Positions 13,311 to 27,160 of a DNA stretch of 64,000 nucleotides are shown here, piece after piece. Position 1 is the first letter of the stretch, and every line of letters starts with the position of its first letter. Position numbers and translations under genes: made by a program. This stretch comes from Trichoplax adhaerens (Eukaryota; Animalia; Placozoa): positions 256,145-320,144 of the forward strand of contig NW_002060956.1 in assembly GCF_000150275.1 (NCBI RefSeq). Reading direction: 5' to 3'. The notes beneath the pieces were generated by a model. The model saw nothing but the letters and a program-made list of their open reading frames with translations. It did not search any database and was not told where the DNA came from.

Positions 13311-16300
13311 CACAAGGAAGTGACCAGTTACAAAATTTGAGGTAGTATGGAGGAAAAATGGAATGCACTTTCTCTATTCGTCTATATGGTTAAGGTTAAA
13401 TGAAGGGAGATTACTGCTGAAAAATGTCTTATTTCATCCTATCCTAGACATTTTTTCAATGCTGATATACTGTACTTTAGTCCTTGTTGTGTAGGAGGTT
13501 ATAATTAGGATGGATTCTTTCATAAGTATTGTAATGTTGACAAGAAGGTATCAAAAATACTTGGTGTTTCTAGCGATCCATTGATTTTTGCGAAATGGAG
13601 AGAATCACTAGCTGAGGGGCCTTGATTCATAACATAACAGGCCCATCGCATACTAGCATTGGGCGTAAAATATGCACCAGTAGCAGTATCATGGGCTATT
13701 ATTAATTGTAAAAAGGATTCTGTTTGTTATGCTTTACCTTGTGGCCTCGTTCACGTCGATATGAACAAGTTCATTTTGCAGTTTACTGGAGATGAAGGAC
13801 GATGCATGCTCATATCATTATTTTTATTGTAGCTAAAATTTTTTCTTTCTTTAACGTGGACTTCAATCGATCTTATTCAGATAGGAGGTAATGCTACATT
13901 TTACTGCTGGTTTGGTCAAGTTATTTGAGTCGTCTATTAAAGACAAGATACTGGCTTGTAGGTGGGATTTATAGGCACTGTCCTTGAATTGATGAGAATG
14001 CAGATCTAGTCGACTTTTGTTCAATTCACAGTTGAAACATGGATCTTATCGAATTATTGGAGTAAATTGAAATTTGGGATTTATTGTCTAATCAGTTTAT
14101 TAATACGGTAGGAATGCGACATAATCAGATTACCCTACCATAACCGTATGCCAGATACAAAATGATATTATTGTATTTTGCAGTGACGATGATATTATCA
14201 CTGAGCCCTAGTCTAGACAGGGATAAAGGTGTTTAGGCTATATTAGATTAAGTATTTTTAATACTTTAAGAATTGTCTTCATTGCAGCAGTCTTATTATT
14301 TTTTATTCTCGTATTTGGTAAGATATAACAAAGGACCTAGGCCTACATTTAAGTCAGATCGATAACTTTTATATGGGCAAACGCAGCCAAGAAAGAATGG
14401 CAGATTCACGATGGATCCAATACCTTAATCAACCTTCAATACCTAGTACTGTACTGCTACAGCATTCAGAGATCATATAATATTGCATACCGTGGTTAAT
14501 TAAATAAGAAAAATATTCACTTTAAATTATTTTACATTGATTGATTGATGATGTATAACTATGACTGAATTTATTGAACAACCATTCCGATGCAATTTAG
14601 TAGCCCTATAGTCCTACAGTATATTTATCTTCTCACTTTTATTGTCATATGAAGAATAACGAGCAAGTACAATCAGAAAAGTAAGAAAGACTTTATTTTT
14701 CTTACCTCCATAAATCTAACACTAGAAATTACGCTGGAGGGCATGAAATTTTGTCATTTACAATTCGGTAAATGACAAAATTGACGATGTAAGCGCATAA
14801 AATGTCGACTCGTATTGTAGATAGGATTTCTACTCATACATTTATGTATTCCTAATTTGAAGCAGCAAATTGGGCCTTTAAAGTGATCACGTAGTTAGCA
14901 TGGATGAAAATTAGGATGCTTTTTTCTGCGTATCGCACTTTTTTCATTCCAAATTATATTATTCCATGTAGCTATCTCGATCTCAAGAGATGTCTTCAAT
15001 AGTATTATGATTCATAAAAATATTAACAATTATTCTGTAACCATTATAAATTCAATATTGAATCAATTATTTTTACTTTACCGTAAATGACAAGTTTATT
15101 AAAATTAAATTGTGATCGATCTCATCTTATCACGTGCAATTAAAGTTAACAAGAGCCGCCTGAGGATTTACCGTCTCTGATGCATGACTTTAGTGCCCCG
15201 CTATTTACATTTTACTATTTACAATTAAAAGCACTGTAAACAATTTAAATCCACCTGCATTGCATTGCAATCTACAAGAACCAAATACAACATGACACAC
15301 TACTCCACTCGTTACATTATATTCATAAATAGACCTCCACTAGCATAACCTTGACATTATCAATAATAAATTATTGGCAGTTGTAGTAATGTTGTATTTA
15401 TGAACAAATATTCAAACTAGGAAAGTAAAGTATGGATTTACGTTGTCGCGATTGTAGACATGAAATGACTATAATATCGTAATACATATATAATTGTAAG
15501 TACATAACAGCTTGTATAGCAAATAAATTTTTAATTGAAAAATTCATTAATTAATTATTCCATTGAAAGAGTATTTTGAGATCAGTTTTAGTTTTATAAA
15601 TACGCATATAAGAGCACGCTGCAGGTGAGCCTTAAGTCACGCTGCGTTACGTCTGGCCTTATAAATCATAACATTTAATTAATTATAATTATTATTCAAT
15701 TGTATTATCAATAATCCATTGATATGCTTTAGACAGAATGGGATATTTGCAGCTATCTTAGTTAGCTTAAACATGGAGTACTAAATTTTCATAGTGTAAG
15801 AATAATAATAGTAATAATAGTGTCGTATATCTGATTCTCAGACTTGGTTAATACTAGTAGTCAAAAGGATTATTTTTTTACGAAAATCTGGAATTAGCCA
15901 CACGAAATTATCATGGCTGAAGCCTCAACGAAAGTATTTGCAACGAAATGGAATCAAAGTGAATATACCTTAGACCAATATCTAACTCTTTCCCCACGAC
16001 AAATACACAACAAATAGTTAACTGTACAAACTATACATACAAAAAAAAATTGTAACTCTTCGATGAACGAGCTCTTTTGGACATGAACTGATATTGAAGA
16101 ATCATTTAAACTTAGACTGGGCCATCAGGCTCAATCAGAATTAGCAAGAGTTATGATTTTAATTTATTGTGTCAATATTCGAATGACCTAAACACTAGAC
16201 ATAATTTCTACAGTATACAGTATCTAGAATGTTGACTTGCAACGCAACCATTAGTATATCGACGCCGTAAAATTAAAAGCATGACTGCAGCTAATTTTAA

Positions 16301-19300
16301 AATGTCTTCTGTGCCTTGCACAATCCAATATAATACCTCTTCAACTATTTTATTTGCCGTAGTGATATCAAATTTAGAATATCCATGCAGTAAATTAAAA
16401 GCATGATTACAACTAATTTTGAAAAGTCCACTATACCATTCACAGTGGCAACGTAAGGTGTTTGCATGCAATATTCGCTAATCACAGATAATACCATGTA
16501 CTCTGTCATGATAACATAGATAAGTACCCCTCAATTCCGATCATAGCGTACATAATATCAAATTTATTTTCAATAGCTCAAATGAGTCGGTAATTATAAA
16601 TATCGACTAACGTATAGATAGCGTATACCGCTTTGGACTCTTCCATCGTATCTTATTAAAAGTGATTGATGTATGCTTTTTAGTGCTCAACTATAGTACA
16701 CAGTTCTACATTCATTACTAATTGTTCGCGATATAGGTAAATTAATACTTACAGAAAACGTAATAGCGATAATTGCAGATCTATTACATACAGTATGTGG
16801 TATGATAGGTGATCGGACTTATATACGAAGCCAGTATAATACTACCGCCTGTACTAACAACTTACACAGTCTGAAAATATTTGTACAATGCCTGCATGTA
16901 CATACGAGTATATTCGTATATATTATATCTTACGTGTTAATATGATCCTAAAGCAGGAAATAATTTAGCTTGAATCATACATTGTCCACATCAGCACTAG
17001 CATGTATTTTAGGAGGAGTGTTGTAACTTTGTTCATTATATGTAAATAATAACAACAATATTTAGCATATGTTACGACACTAATGATTACGTCTTACGTA
17101 GATATTTACGATCAAAAATAATGAAATGCTATTGTCATAATTTAGCAAAATACATCACAGTATCATATTGTGCCTAACATTACAATTAGTACGTATGGTA
17201 TTATATTAAGCTGCGATGTTGCCTGTAAGTATTTTTTGCAAAGATAATCTTACGCTTAAAAAATTTCATTGCCAATATTCAAAATAGGCAACGTAGATTA
17301 TCATTATATTATGGATGGTATTAGCAGTTCGAGATAACTAAAATATCGAGAACATAAGAAAAATTGAACTGTAACTTACAATACTATCCAATCTCTTTGC
17401 TTAGTTATCATTAGATTCACATAAATGTACTAGTGTACGATTTATCCTACGCTATGTATATAAAACAAGTGTAAATATTGTATTGATCTTATATAGTTCA
17501 TAGTTATGATTACAAAAGCATTGACTTCCACACAAGACATTCAGTAAAACAATGGATCAGGTCTCGTCTGTAGCATCTACGATAAAAAATGGATTCTAGT
17601 AGATTCTAATAGATTATCAATCAGGATGAAAGGTTTCTTCAGATTTTAATTTTTAGTAAACGTGTTCTGTTTGGCAAGCAACTGCTATTGACGACAATAG
17701 TAACGCAATATTATAATGTTATTAGTTACGTCACATTATTTTTTTAGACGCAATCCATATTACTAGAATACATTATAGTAACTATGACATGAAGAAAATG
17801 TCATCAATAAACTGTCGACTTGTCGTAATTTTCGTACCAGATGCTCATATATTATAAGTTTAGTACTAAGGAAATTGAAGCATGATAACAGATATGAGTT
17901 ACAGATATATCTAAATTGTATAAAAAATCTTAAACAATGTACTAAGTATATTGTAATATCTTTAACGATCTTGATAATAGTTATATAATAGAACTTTCAT
18001 AATAATTAAAAAGCATCACTCATGGCGGATATAGAATGCTAGAAAATCAAGCCAACGAAACTATTCATTACTCTTCCGGTCATATCATTCTATCGTAATG
18101 GTAAATTTTCGAATGTTATACAAAAATTTATCCATTGGATAGATTGAACGTGAGAAGCAGACAACTGTACGGAATGTTTGATTCACAAAAAGCGCATATG
18201 ATAAAATTGTTGCATTTTCCATTTCATTAATCTAATTTCTCACACTTTTATAACTTTAAAAATTAATTCAATCCAATGAGAGAGTAACTATTGTATACTG
18301 TTTCGATTTTCGGAATATAGTACGTGATTTCAACATTTAAATTCTAATATAATTTCACGATATCTAAATCGAATCGTGGTTGCAAAAATAAAGAACATTC
18401 CCGACAGTAATAACCTTAAGAGTCGGAAATAAAATACGAACACATGTTACACAATTATATTGCCAATTCTGGTATTGATAGAGTAACTTGATAAGATTAT
18501 TATATCGAAATTGGATCTAAAAATCGTTAACCATAATATTTTCGCCTCCTACAATGATATGCTTTGATTCAAATTGACAGCATCAACAATTTGTGCACTT
18601 TTTTTTAGCCATTATTGATGTTATGAAACAGATAAACAGCCTTTAGTACACGATGTATTTAAACTGATAACATTTAATAAAATGATATTAAATTTGTTGA
18701 TTTTTGACTACACTAAACAGTCTGGGTATTTCAAGCCACATAAGGATAATATCAAACAAGGTGACATAACTCCAATCGATAGTTAGCTACTATTGGCTAA
18801 TGTAATAATAAACTTTTAAACCTTTTTTTATGTATTTACAAGATACATCATGGATTCTAGACGATATAATAATAATATTTTCATGGCCTACAAGACAATG
18901 TCGCTTCAGTGTCTATGTATGATTATCATCGTTAGTTTGATAATTGTAGCTAGAAATGTGTGTCAATTTTATACTTAAATAACAATAACATTCCAAATTG
19001 AATGATAATAAAGCCAAACAGTCAAATTATAAACACTTTCTATAACTTCAAAACTTGTCAACTTGATCATTCAACTTCAACATTGTAACAAAGATCTATT
19101 TTAGTGGTCAGTTGATGTTAATTATTTCAATTTTAAAAGCAATCGTTGTATGTTAACTACTGTCTGTATGTAGTAGACTTTGTAATAATAAGCATCATCA
19201 AAATGTTATTGTGGCCGAATTTGATCTCTTACTAATCGGTCTTCTAAAAATATTTGGAGAAGAGTTTCCTCCCCTTCTCTAGTTTGATTTCTGTTATTAT

Positions 19301-20639
19301 CCATATCCAAGTCGGTTGAAAACATTGATAGATGCTGTATGAATTATCTTTGATAATGTATTTAGGTATAAAAATGGAGATCTTGATTTTATTACAAAAC
19401 CATAATTAAAGATAAATCGTTATATTATCATTATCATGGTTACTTATCTTATCTGATAAATCTATAATGACGATGATTACTAGAACTAACTTTTGAATAG
19501 GTAAATAATAACACAAGTAGGTAATCAAAACAATTAAAAAAATGGATAAAAAAATGAATTTGTATTTCCAAGTAATAATGTTTCTTCCGAAGAGAACTAG
19601 ACCACTTTGCAAGTAGGTGTAATGAATATCATCTTTTTTTGTCTTATAATAGGAAGTTGAAAATATCAAAGGTCAAATTTATGGTAGTTTATCGTTCTAT
19701 AATTAGTAGTAATTGTATTAATATTCTATAGTTAGGGATGTGAATCAGCATCTGTAATTGGTCTTATTATAATCTGTCTATTCTATAATCTATAATATAC
19801 TGTAATAATGTTTCTATGACTACTTGTATTAAATTAAAAGAAGTGATAGGAAAGCCTCTAGCTGATATTTAGGAGCATTAATAAACAATCTTAAAATTGT
19901 TTATGCCTACAAATTTTCTTTGGGACTAATAATCGATTCCAGATGAATACGATAAATTGAAGCCTAGACAGACATAGACACAAATAAAAATCTCTAGTAC
20001 AATTATCTTTATTTAATCGTAACTCATCCAAATAAAAATAACATGGACTACCTAGTTATAAATTATGTCCGATTATAATTGAACATCATGTAATTGACGG
20101 CTCCTGGAGATGTATTAGTTTTGCTAGCTACCGCATAGAATGAATTTTCGATCGTTGCTCTCGTAAGTTCTCACCAGGGGTACCTGAGAGTATAGCTATG
20201 CCTAACGGTAAAAGCTATTAGCATCGGTAAATAATAAATAGCCCCTATAATTACATACCATGAGGGAGGGTCTCTATCAACAAAAGAAAAAATAGTTCAA
20301 TAGACAACTATTGTTACTTGCCAGCTGCTTTGTATTTCAACATTAATACCACCCTTTTAGTGTCAGTAATGCTATTCCCAAATTTATTGCTTATAACCTG
20401 CTCAATTGACCAAAAGAAAAATAACAGACGTTTGGACATGGTGAGAAAAGTAAAAGCGATGTTTTTAGGGGGAAAAATGACAACTATTGTAATTCCTAGG
20501 GTATAACTGTAGCTGAATTGATGTTTCTTCAATCATTACAACATTTCCAATTTTGGGCGAAAAGCGCTACATGTCTGCTTCCATTACAACATTAAAATCA
20601 AATTATTGAAAAACGTAGTTTGATCACTATCAACCGACA

Positions 20640-21800
20640 ATGAGTACTCCATTACAAGAAGCCAACTCTACCAATGTAACCAAAATCGATGTACCTCAAG
20701 TTGCCGCTTTTGCCTGTATCGGTACTATTACTGTTGCAACTAATTCATTCTTATTAATTGTGCTTGTTAGTAAACGGCATTTAAGAACTGCATCTAATAC
20801 TTTATTGGTTAGTACATTAATTGTTGGCATCCTTTTTGCCTTGTTATATTTAATACCGCGATGGGCTATCCCTTACACCGGCCAGTTACCTATTTTATGC
20901 GCGCTTTTGCCATCAATTGGCCAAGCATTCTTTATTAATATTAATCTTCATGTTTGTAGTATTAGCTTAGAACGATATATATGTATCGCTAATCCATTTT
21001 TATATGATCGAATTGGCAAAAGGAGAAATTTTATAATCTTAATAATCTTACTTTGGGTTACTTCAACTATTTCTCAATTTATACCGTTATTCACTTTTAA
21101 GCCTATTAAATCAACATGTTACTACTGGGCCGACGACTTGGTTGCTCAAAGATATTTCCTTATTGCTACATTTGTCATTTTATTCTTCGTACCACTGACA
21201 ATTATTGTAGTATCGTATTGCCGCATTTACGTTATCGTTAACCTTCATGTTGCACAATTCCAACAAATAGTTAAGCAACTAAATAGTAATAAAGAGAAAT
21301 TAACAAAAGATAGGAAAGCAATCAAACAAATCGTAGCCATGATTTCTGTATTTATCATCTCATTTCTACCTTTCGTAATTGAATTTTTGATCTGGCAAGA
21401 TAAAGAATTTGAAGGGTCTGAAGCTGACATTATTACTTTACGAGTAACACAATTTTTGGCTTTTAGTTATCCTGCAATTAGTCCCCTTTTATGTTGTTGG
21501 TTTAAAGCTAACCTACGTAGAGAAGTTAAACGGTCGTTACATTTGTGTTGGCAACGGAATGATAGTACTAGTACAACGACTGCTAACATGATTAATTACG
21601 AAAGCCGATACAGAACTATTGATTTTAGTACTCGTCCTTCAATGGCCTTACTTCAAGAAGAAGCTAAAAATGGTAAAAAATCGTTACCAGACTATAGCGA
21701 AGCCAATGAAACCCATAGTCCTTCAGAGAAAAGTGAAGGAAACGATGATAGTTCAAGGAATCAAGATGTCAAAGTCATAAACAATTCCACTATAGTTTAG
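20640..21800 (+). CDS. Intronless orphan rhodopsin-like (class A) GPCR, 386 aa
   Basis: Seven hydrophobic segments, N-terminal N-glycosylation sequons (NST, NVT), LRTASN after TM1, ISLERYICIANPFLY at the end of TM3, TM4 Trp, TM5 FFVPLTIIVVSYCRIY, TM6 FLPF and a Ser/Thr-rich tail. Confidence 0.93.
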   Translation: MSTPLQEANSTNVTKIDVPQVAAFACIGTITVATNSFLLIVLVSKRHLRTASNTLLVSTLIVGILFALLYLIPRWAIPYTGQLPILCALLPSIGQAFFININLHVCSISLERYICIANPFLYDRIGKRRNFIILIILLWVTSTISQFIPLFTFKPIKSTCYYWADDLVAQRYFLIATFVILFFVPLTIIVVSYCRIYVIVNLHVAQFQQIVKQLNSNKEKLTKDRKAIKQIVAMISVFIISFLPFVIEFLIWQDKEFEGSEADIITLRVTQFLAFSYPAISPLLCCWFKANLRREVKRSLHLCWQRNDSTSTTTANMINYESRYRTIDFSTRPSMALLQEEAKNGKKSLPDYSEANETHSPSEKSEGNDDSSRNQDVKVINNSTIV

Positions 21801-24800
21801 ACAGCATTCCGATATTGTAATACCTTAGCATTACCCCATATTGCTTTCATAAACCTTGGCACCAATGATGGTTATAGATATTGTATCAAAATTTATTCTA
21901 TTCGCTTTCAGAGAAATTAAAGCTAGTCAAGATCATATAATTCTTGCTAGATAGAAAGCGCCTTATACGATGTTATCAGTCTGATAGCCTCTGTAAGTTA
22001 TACTCGTATTATCGTGTTCTTATATGATATGGTTGATATAATCTAATTGACTGTAGATAGCTAAATGTTGGAGTTGATAATTTATAATCTATTTAAAATT
22101 TTTTGTCCGAGGTTAAATCGTGACAACTATTTTATTTTATGCTTATATTTTCCGCCAGTAGAAATTAAAAATTGTATTATGTTAATAATTTCAACATAGC
22201 ATGATCAGTTTAGGATTTATCTAATTTGAGTTTTAACGTTATGTCGAAATTGTAACGTATCAAAATCAAATTAGACTTATTCTATCAATTTCATATTACT
22301 GTTGAATATTGACACACTACAGGTCTTTATTCAAAATATAAGTATTGCTAGGATGCAATTTAATTCTGATTATCTGGCATCATAATTACATAAAATTGAC
22401 CCTTCGGTAACTATTGCATCACTCAGTAGGAGACTTTTAAGAAAATGTAAATAATGAATCGTATGAGCTCCCTATTAAATTAATAAATTTTTAAAGATAT
22501 TTTTTTACATTAAATTTTCTTAATCAGACAAACATCAGCTTTATCATTTCTACTTGAAAGTTTTAAAGCGTGTCTTGATTGAAACCTACAATTATCACGA
22601 TCTTATGCTGTAAAAGTATTTCTATTGATAATTTTAGTCAAAATGATATTGTAGTCAATCCTGATTATTGTCTTGCTATTTCTTGTATCGTTTAAACGGT
22701 ATATTGGTCATATAGCTAGCTAAATTATTGTATTATAAATGATATATATATGTATACTGTATAATATTAATAATATAATCCTTCAAGACAATGTAACTGT
22801 CTACATAAAATGTGAAACATTTCCGTGAGTCTATAATAAAAAATTTCATATTCATTTCTTTTATACTTGACCATATAACTATCATTAACTGGTTATCTTA
22901 TAATTTAATGGGGCGCTAAATGGAAATTTTTTATCTACAGCAGCTTGAACATGAAACGGTTGCATGCCGTAGTTTTTGCTATTAATCAAATATTCTAGTC
23001 TTATCAGACAAAGTATGAGAGTATAATAGGGTAGATAGGCAGTTTATCTTTTGGTGTTACTGTTTATATATGTATTGTACGCTGGTAAAGAAGGCTAACA
23101 ATGTTATAATTGTTATTTCAGTTCTACACTATTTCAATGTCGTAAAGTACCTTGATCAATAATTTATTCCTGGGAATATAATACCGGATGCAGCCTTCTA
23201 TCCCTCGTACTATATTATCTTGACACTTATAAATTATTTGAAATTGTATATATCAGTCGATGCTATTTTAGAAGCATTCATAAAAAACCTCAACGCTAAG
23301 TGAACTCATTATAATATATGATCAATTCTTAATTATGAGTTATTAATAAATTTTTATTTACGACTAATTATACTTTACTATACCTATTAAAATTAAAACG
23401 TTGATCCTACTTAAAACCTTTCATGGATACACGTTATATTAATTACCCTTGAGAAATTCTATTGTTCCACATTTGGCATAATTGCCCTTTCTGATGATAT
23501 GGCATACAACCTTCTTATTTCTCTTACCAAAAGAATGATACTATCCAATTTAATTAATCGTTCTCTTGGAACTGTCATTATAAGTATTTATATCATCAGT
23601 TAGATCGATTGACAAATTATGGTTATTATCGATCATGATCATTCCCACAACACTATATACATAATAGCCGATGGGGTTAACCACCTTTTTTTTACGATGT
23701 GCTAGTATCACTGGTTACACAGTAAAGTAGGCACAATTACGGTAACACAGTAATTACCACTGGCAAGCTAATTTCATGCTTTTTACGACCTATTTTTAGT
23801 TCTATTCTTATACTGAACGTCTGCTCCTGCCTATGATATCCTAAAATAAATAATACATTATTTCTAATTATAGTAATATTTAACTTACTTCAATTTCGAT
23901 TACGGAATGTGGTAGAGTACAGTGGTATATCACAGTAACTAGTTGTGAAGTGCCATTGTATAGTTCGGCTCTGTACCAATTTATGGTGGATCTTTTAAAC
24001 AGTTTTTTAGAGGGCACGTTCCAGGTTCACTTATTTAAATCTTGAACAATCTAGTTATTAGACTACAAGTTGACCCTTTTACGCTGTAACATACTGTTAC
24101 TGAACGTACACTTGCGAAGTAGAGGTTTCTATTATATTAAAAAAACAATAACATCTTCTGGGAATTATTTAGTCTTATCAGATATTCTAAAGATATGGCA
24201 TACAACATTTTCGTGTATTATGATTTCTGTTTGAGAAGTTTTACAGTTAGCGTACAATTTCTAATTAATCAGTAATACTGCCAACAGTCTTAACTATCTA
24301 ATTCCCGGCTGCATAGACTCTAAGCTTCGGTAGGATACTTGTTGAAATTAGCTTGTTTTTATGAATATACTCGTATAGTGTTGCAAACTAACTGCGAGTC
24401 TACGACGATTTTTATGTAGGTATTCGTATAGTGTATAATTATATAGTTAAAGACCTCTAAGTATCAGCCTGTATCCGTATTTAGGAAAGAAAATTCATAA
24501 TCTGGTTATACAAAATTATAATATAGATATTTACGGTAGTCTTTATTGTTTTTGAAGAATTATTTGATTAAGTTACATTATGTCACATATTAATTTCGTC
24601 AACTATCAGGATTTGTGGCCAAAAATTGAAATTCTGATTGAAAATTAACATTTAGAATATTTTTTTTACAGTAAATATTTCAAATGTCAGTACATTTTAT
24701 TTTCTATTACATGTTAAGGTAATATCGGGTCATCTAAAGTAACGTAGTGAATCAAAATTAAATTGTTTTATAATATCTTCTCGGTTAAATCTGAGTATAT

Positions 24801-26189
24801 TACAAAATGAGGATTTTTAAGGTGTTTTTTTTTTAACTTGCTATTCTTTGTATATCTTCAATGCACTGATTAGGAATAAAATAAAGAGGCTGAATAGATG
24901 AAATGTATTTCATATTGATGAGCAATTACTGTAAATGTACGCATTGTGGATAGTTGCCATAAGTCTGTCTAGATTTGATGATAAACTGTAATTAATAATT
25001 AGAAAGTCGTTTCACTTGAGAAGGCACGTCTAGCAGTCGGACGGTTTCCTTCAAAATACAAAAACCTCGCAAGTCTGGTTTCAAACTTAATTATTATCTT
25101 AAATGGCAGTATTAAGGCATTGTATAATCAGAACATGATAGTATACTTAAAATTTAAATTGATAAAGGAGCACATGGTAATATCATAAAATTGATACTGG
25201 CTATTCGTATAAGTGTGCATTCTGAATTCACCACAAGTAATTATTTCCTTACAAAATTACTGTATCATCTCATAAAAGTTTTCACCGAACTATTCGTGTA
25301 TATGAAATTAAGAATGTATTGGTACGATTTAAAGTGATTATCTATATTAATTTGCTATTATCGTATAGTCATAGTAACGTTTTCTATTTTAAACATCCGT
25401 CAAAGTCTGACCTTTTTGAAAGTGAAAATAACAGATATCATGGAGAATATTAAAAATTTAATTCATTTGTACAGCTATTTCATCATTTGCCTGCAACGCA
25501 TACAGTATTTGCAGTACGGTATTGCATCTAATTCAAAATTAATTACTGCTTTGTTCCTTCATATCCTTTATTTTAATACCTAATTAATTACATTCTCGCT
25601 ACGGTATGCAAAAGGTATCCTAAAAATTAAAAATCAGAAGGAAGCGTCCGAGGTACCGAGGATCAATAATACTTATAGCAGTACTTGTATAAGGCATGAG
25701 CGTACTTTACGTTACTATACTGACGATACCTATGACAATGTAACGTGAACTACAAGGCCACTACTTAATTAATTATACAGAATGTAATATATACTGTCTA
25801 GTATAAATTGGTCAGGGCATGAACTACTTGGGAAATATTATTTCTTTAGATTGGATAAGAAGGAAGTTGCAAACACAGGCCAGGGATAGCTATAAAGCTA
25901 AAAAGAAACCGAGAGTGACCAGAAATGATCGTTTAGTACCGTGTAGGCAAAATGTAGAGGATAACCATTTTGTGACACTGTTAGCCATTTCAATCGCAAA
26001 TATACTACGTATGCTGTACTACTATCTTCACCCAAGAGCTGCCAGGTTGAATTTGTGCACAACCTCTCCCCAAAATGCACGTCATTATTATACTAATGGA
26101 TTTAATGCCCATTTTTTGGGGGGGGGGTACTGGATGTCCATATCATGTTTCTCCATTTCTCTTAATTTTAAAATAAATAAAATAAAATG

Positions 26190-26460
26190 AAATTAATTAA
26201 ATTAATTAATTATTAATTAATTAACAACTACAGTATATCCAGGGTACATCTGTACTGTACTCATGATGTGTGGATGTGTGTGACACAGTCGACGGTAAGG
26301 ACTTCTGAAGTCCATACTGTACTGCTATTTCTTCATAAAAAGTCCGTTATCGTATGACGCGAGATGCAGTACAGTTCTCTGATATTCTACTACTTTACTA
26401 CAGTATACAATCTCGTACAGTACAGTATATACTACTGTAATCTCGACAGTATACTGTAGT
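26190..26460. promoter_or_regulatory. (AATT)n tract followed by a TACAG/CTGTA cluster; putative SYS1 promoter
   Basis: AATTAATT repeats at 26191-26224, then many TACAGTA/TACTGTA copies (e.g. GTACAGTACAGTATATACTACTGTA) about 700 bp upstream of the SYS1 ATG. Confidence 0.5.
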
Positions 26461-27160
26461 AAAATGGACCAACACTGCGCATGCTCATAGCCAAAGTCAG
26501 TCGTGGAACTGTATGAGTCATTCTATTTGTTACATCAGTGATTCAACGGCAAAATCGCTAGCAAAAATAAATTTAATCTCTTTCCTCAATTTGATCAAAG
26601 TAAACGATTAACAGTGATCATTCATTGGTTTCTTTGGATTATTAATAATCTGTATACGTTAATCCGTAGTTGGTCGATTCCATTCTAAGCTCAGGCATGG
26701 TTTGGTGTTAACGTGATTTCATCTGTTTCATAGAATCCATGGTGCTGATGATTTTACAGCAATCTCAAGACGTCCAAGATAATTCGTACATAGTAGGTCA
26801 AGGATAAATTAGAGAGAAGATCAGCAGATTGGTGGTGATTGTGTATGCAGTAGTGTTGACGAAATTGATTGAAGGGAGTTTATCTTGTATCGCTCCTGCA
26901 TGTAGTAATAGCATAATTTATCATAGTTATACCAACAATACCACACTATATCTTTTATAAAATAGACGTGTTGAACTAGAGAGGCTCTTTCAGAGATTAG
27001 GTATCGTACTGTAAAAGGGTACATGGACTGATCCTTCTAATATTATTATATGGTGCATACTTGAATCAACTTAACCGCAGCAATAATCATTAAAGCAAAG
27101 CGATTATCAAATTGAAATTTTCATCAGTAATTTGTCGATCGAATATTCAATATCATTAAA

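Noticed and set aside
16208-16471. 87-aa ORF and a diverged ~123-bp duplication (AATTAAAAGCATGA at about 16270 and 16393)
   Set aside because: Only two degenerate copies and no recognisable protein or element features.
19406-19669. Hydrophobic 87-aa ORF upstream of the GPCR
   Set aside because: Non-ATG start; the hydrophobicity is what T-rich DNA produces.
25819-26190. 123-aa ATG ORF
   Set aside because: No recognisable domain; it runs through a G10 tract into AT repeats and is probably chance, though not excluded.
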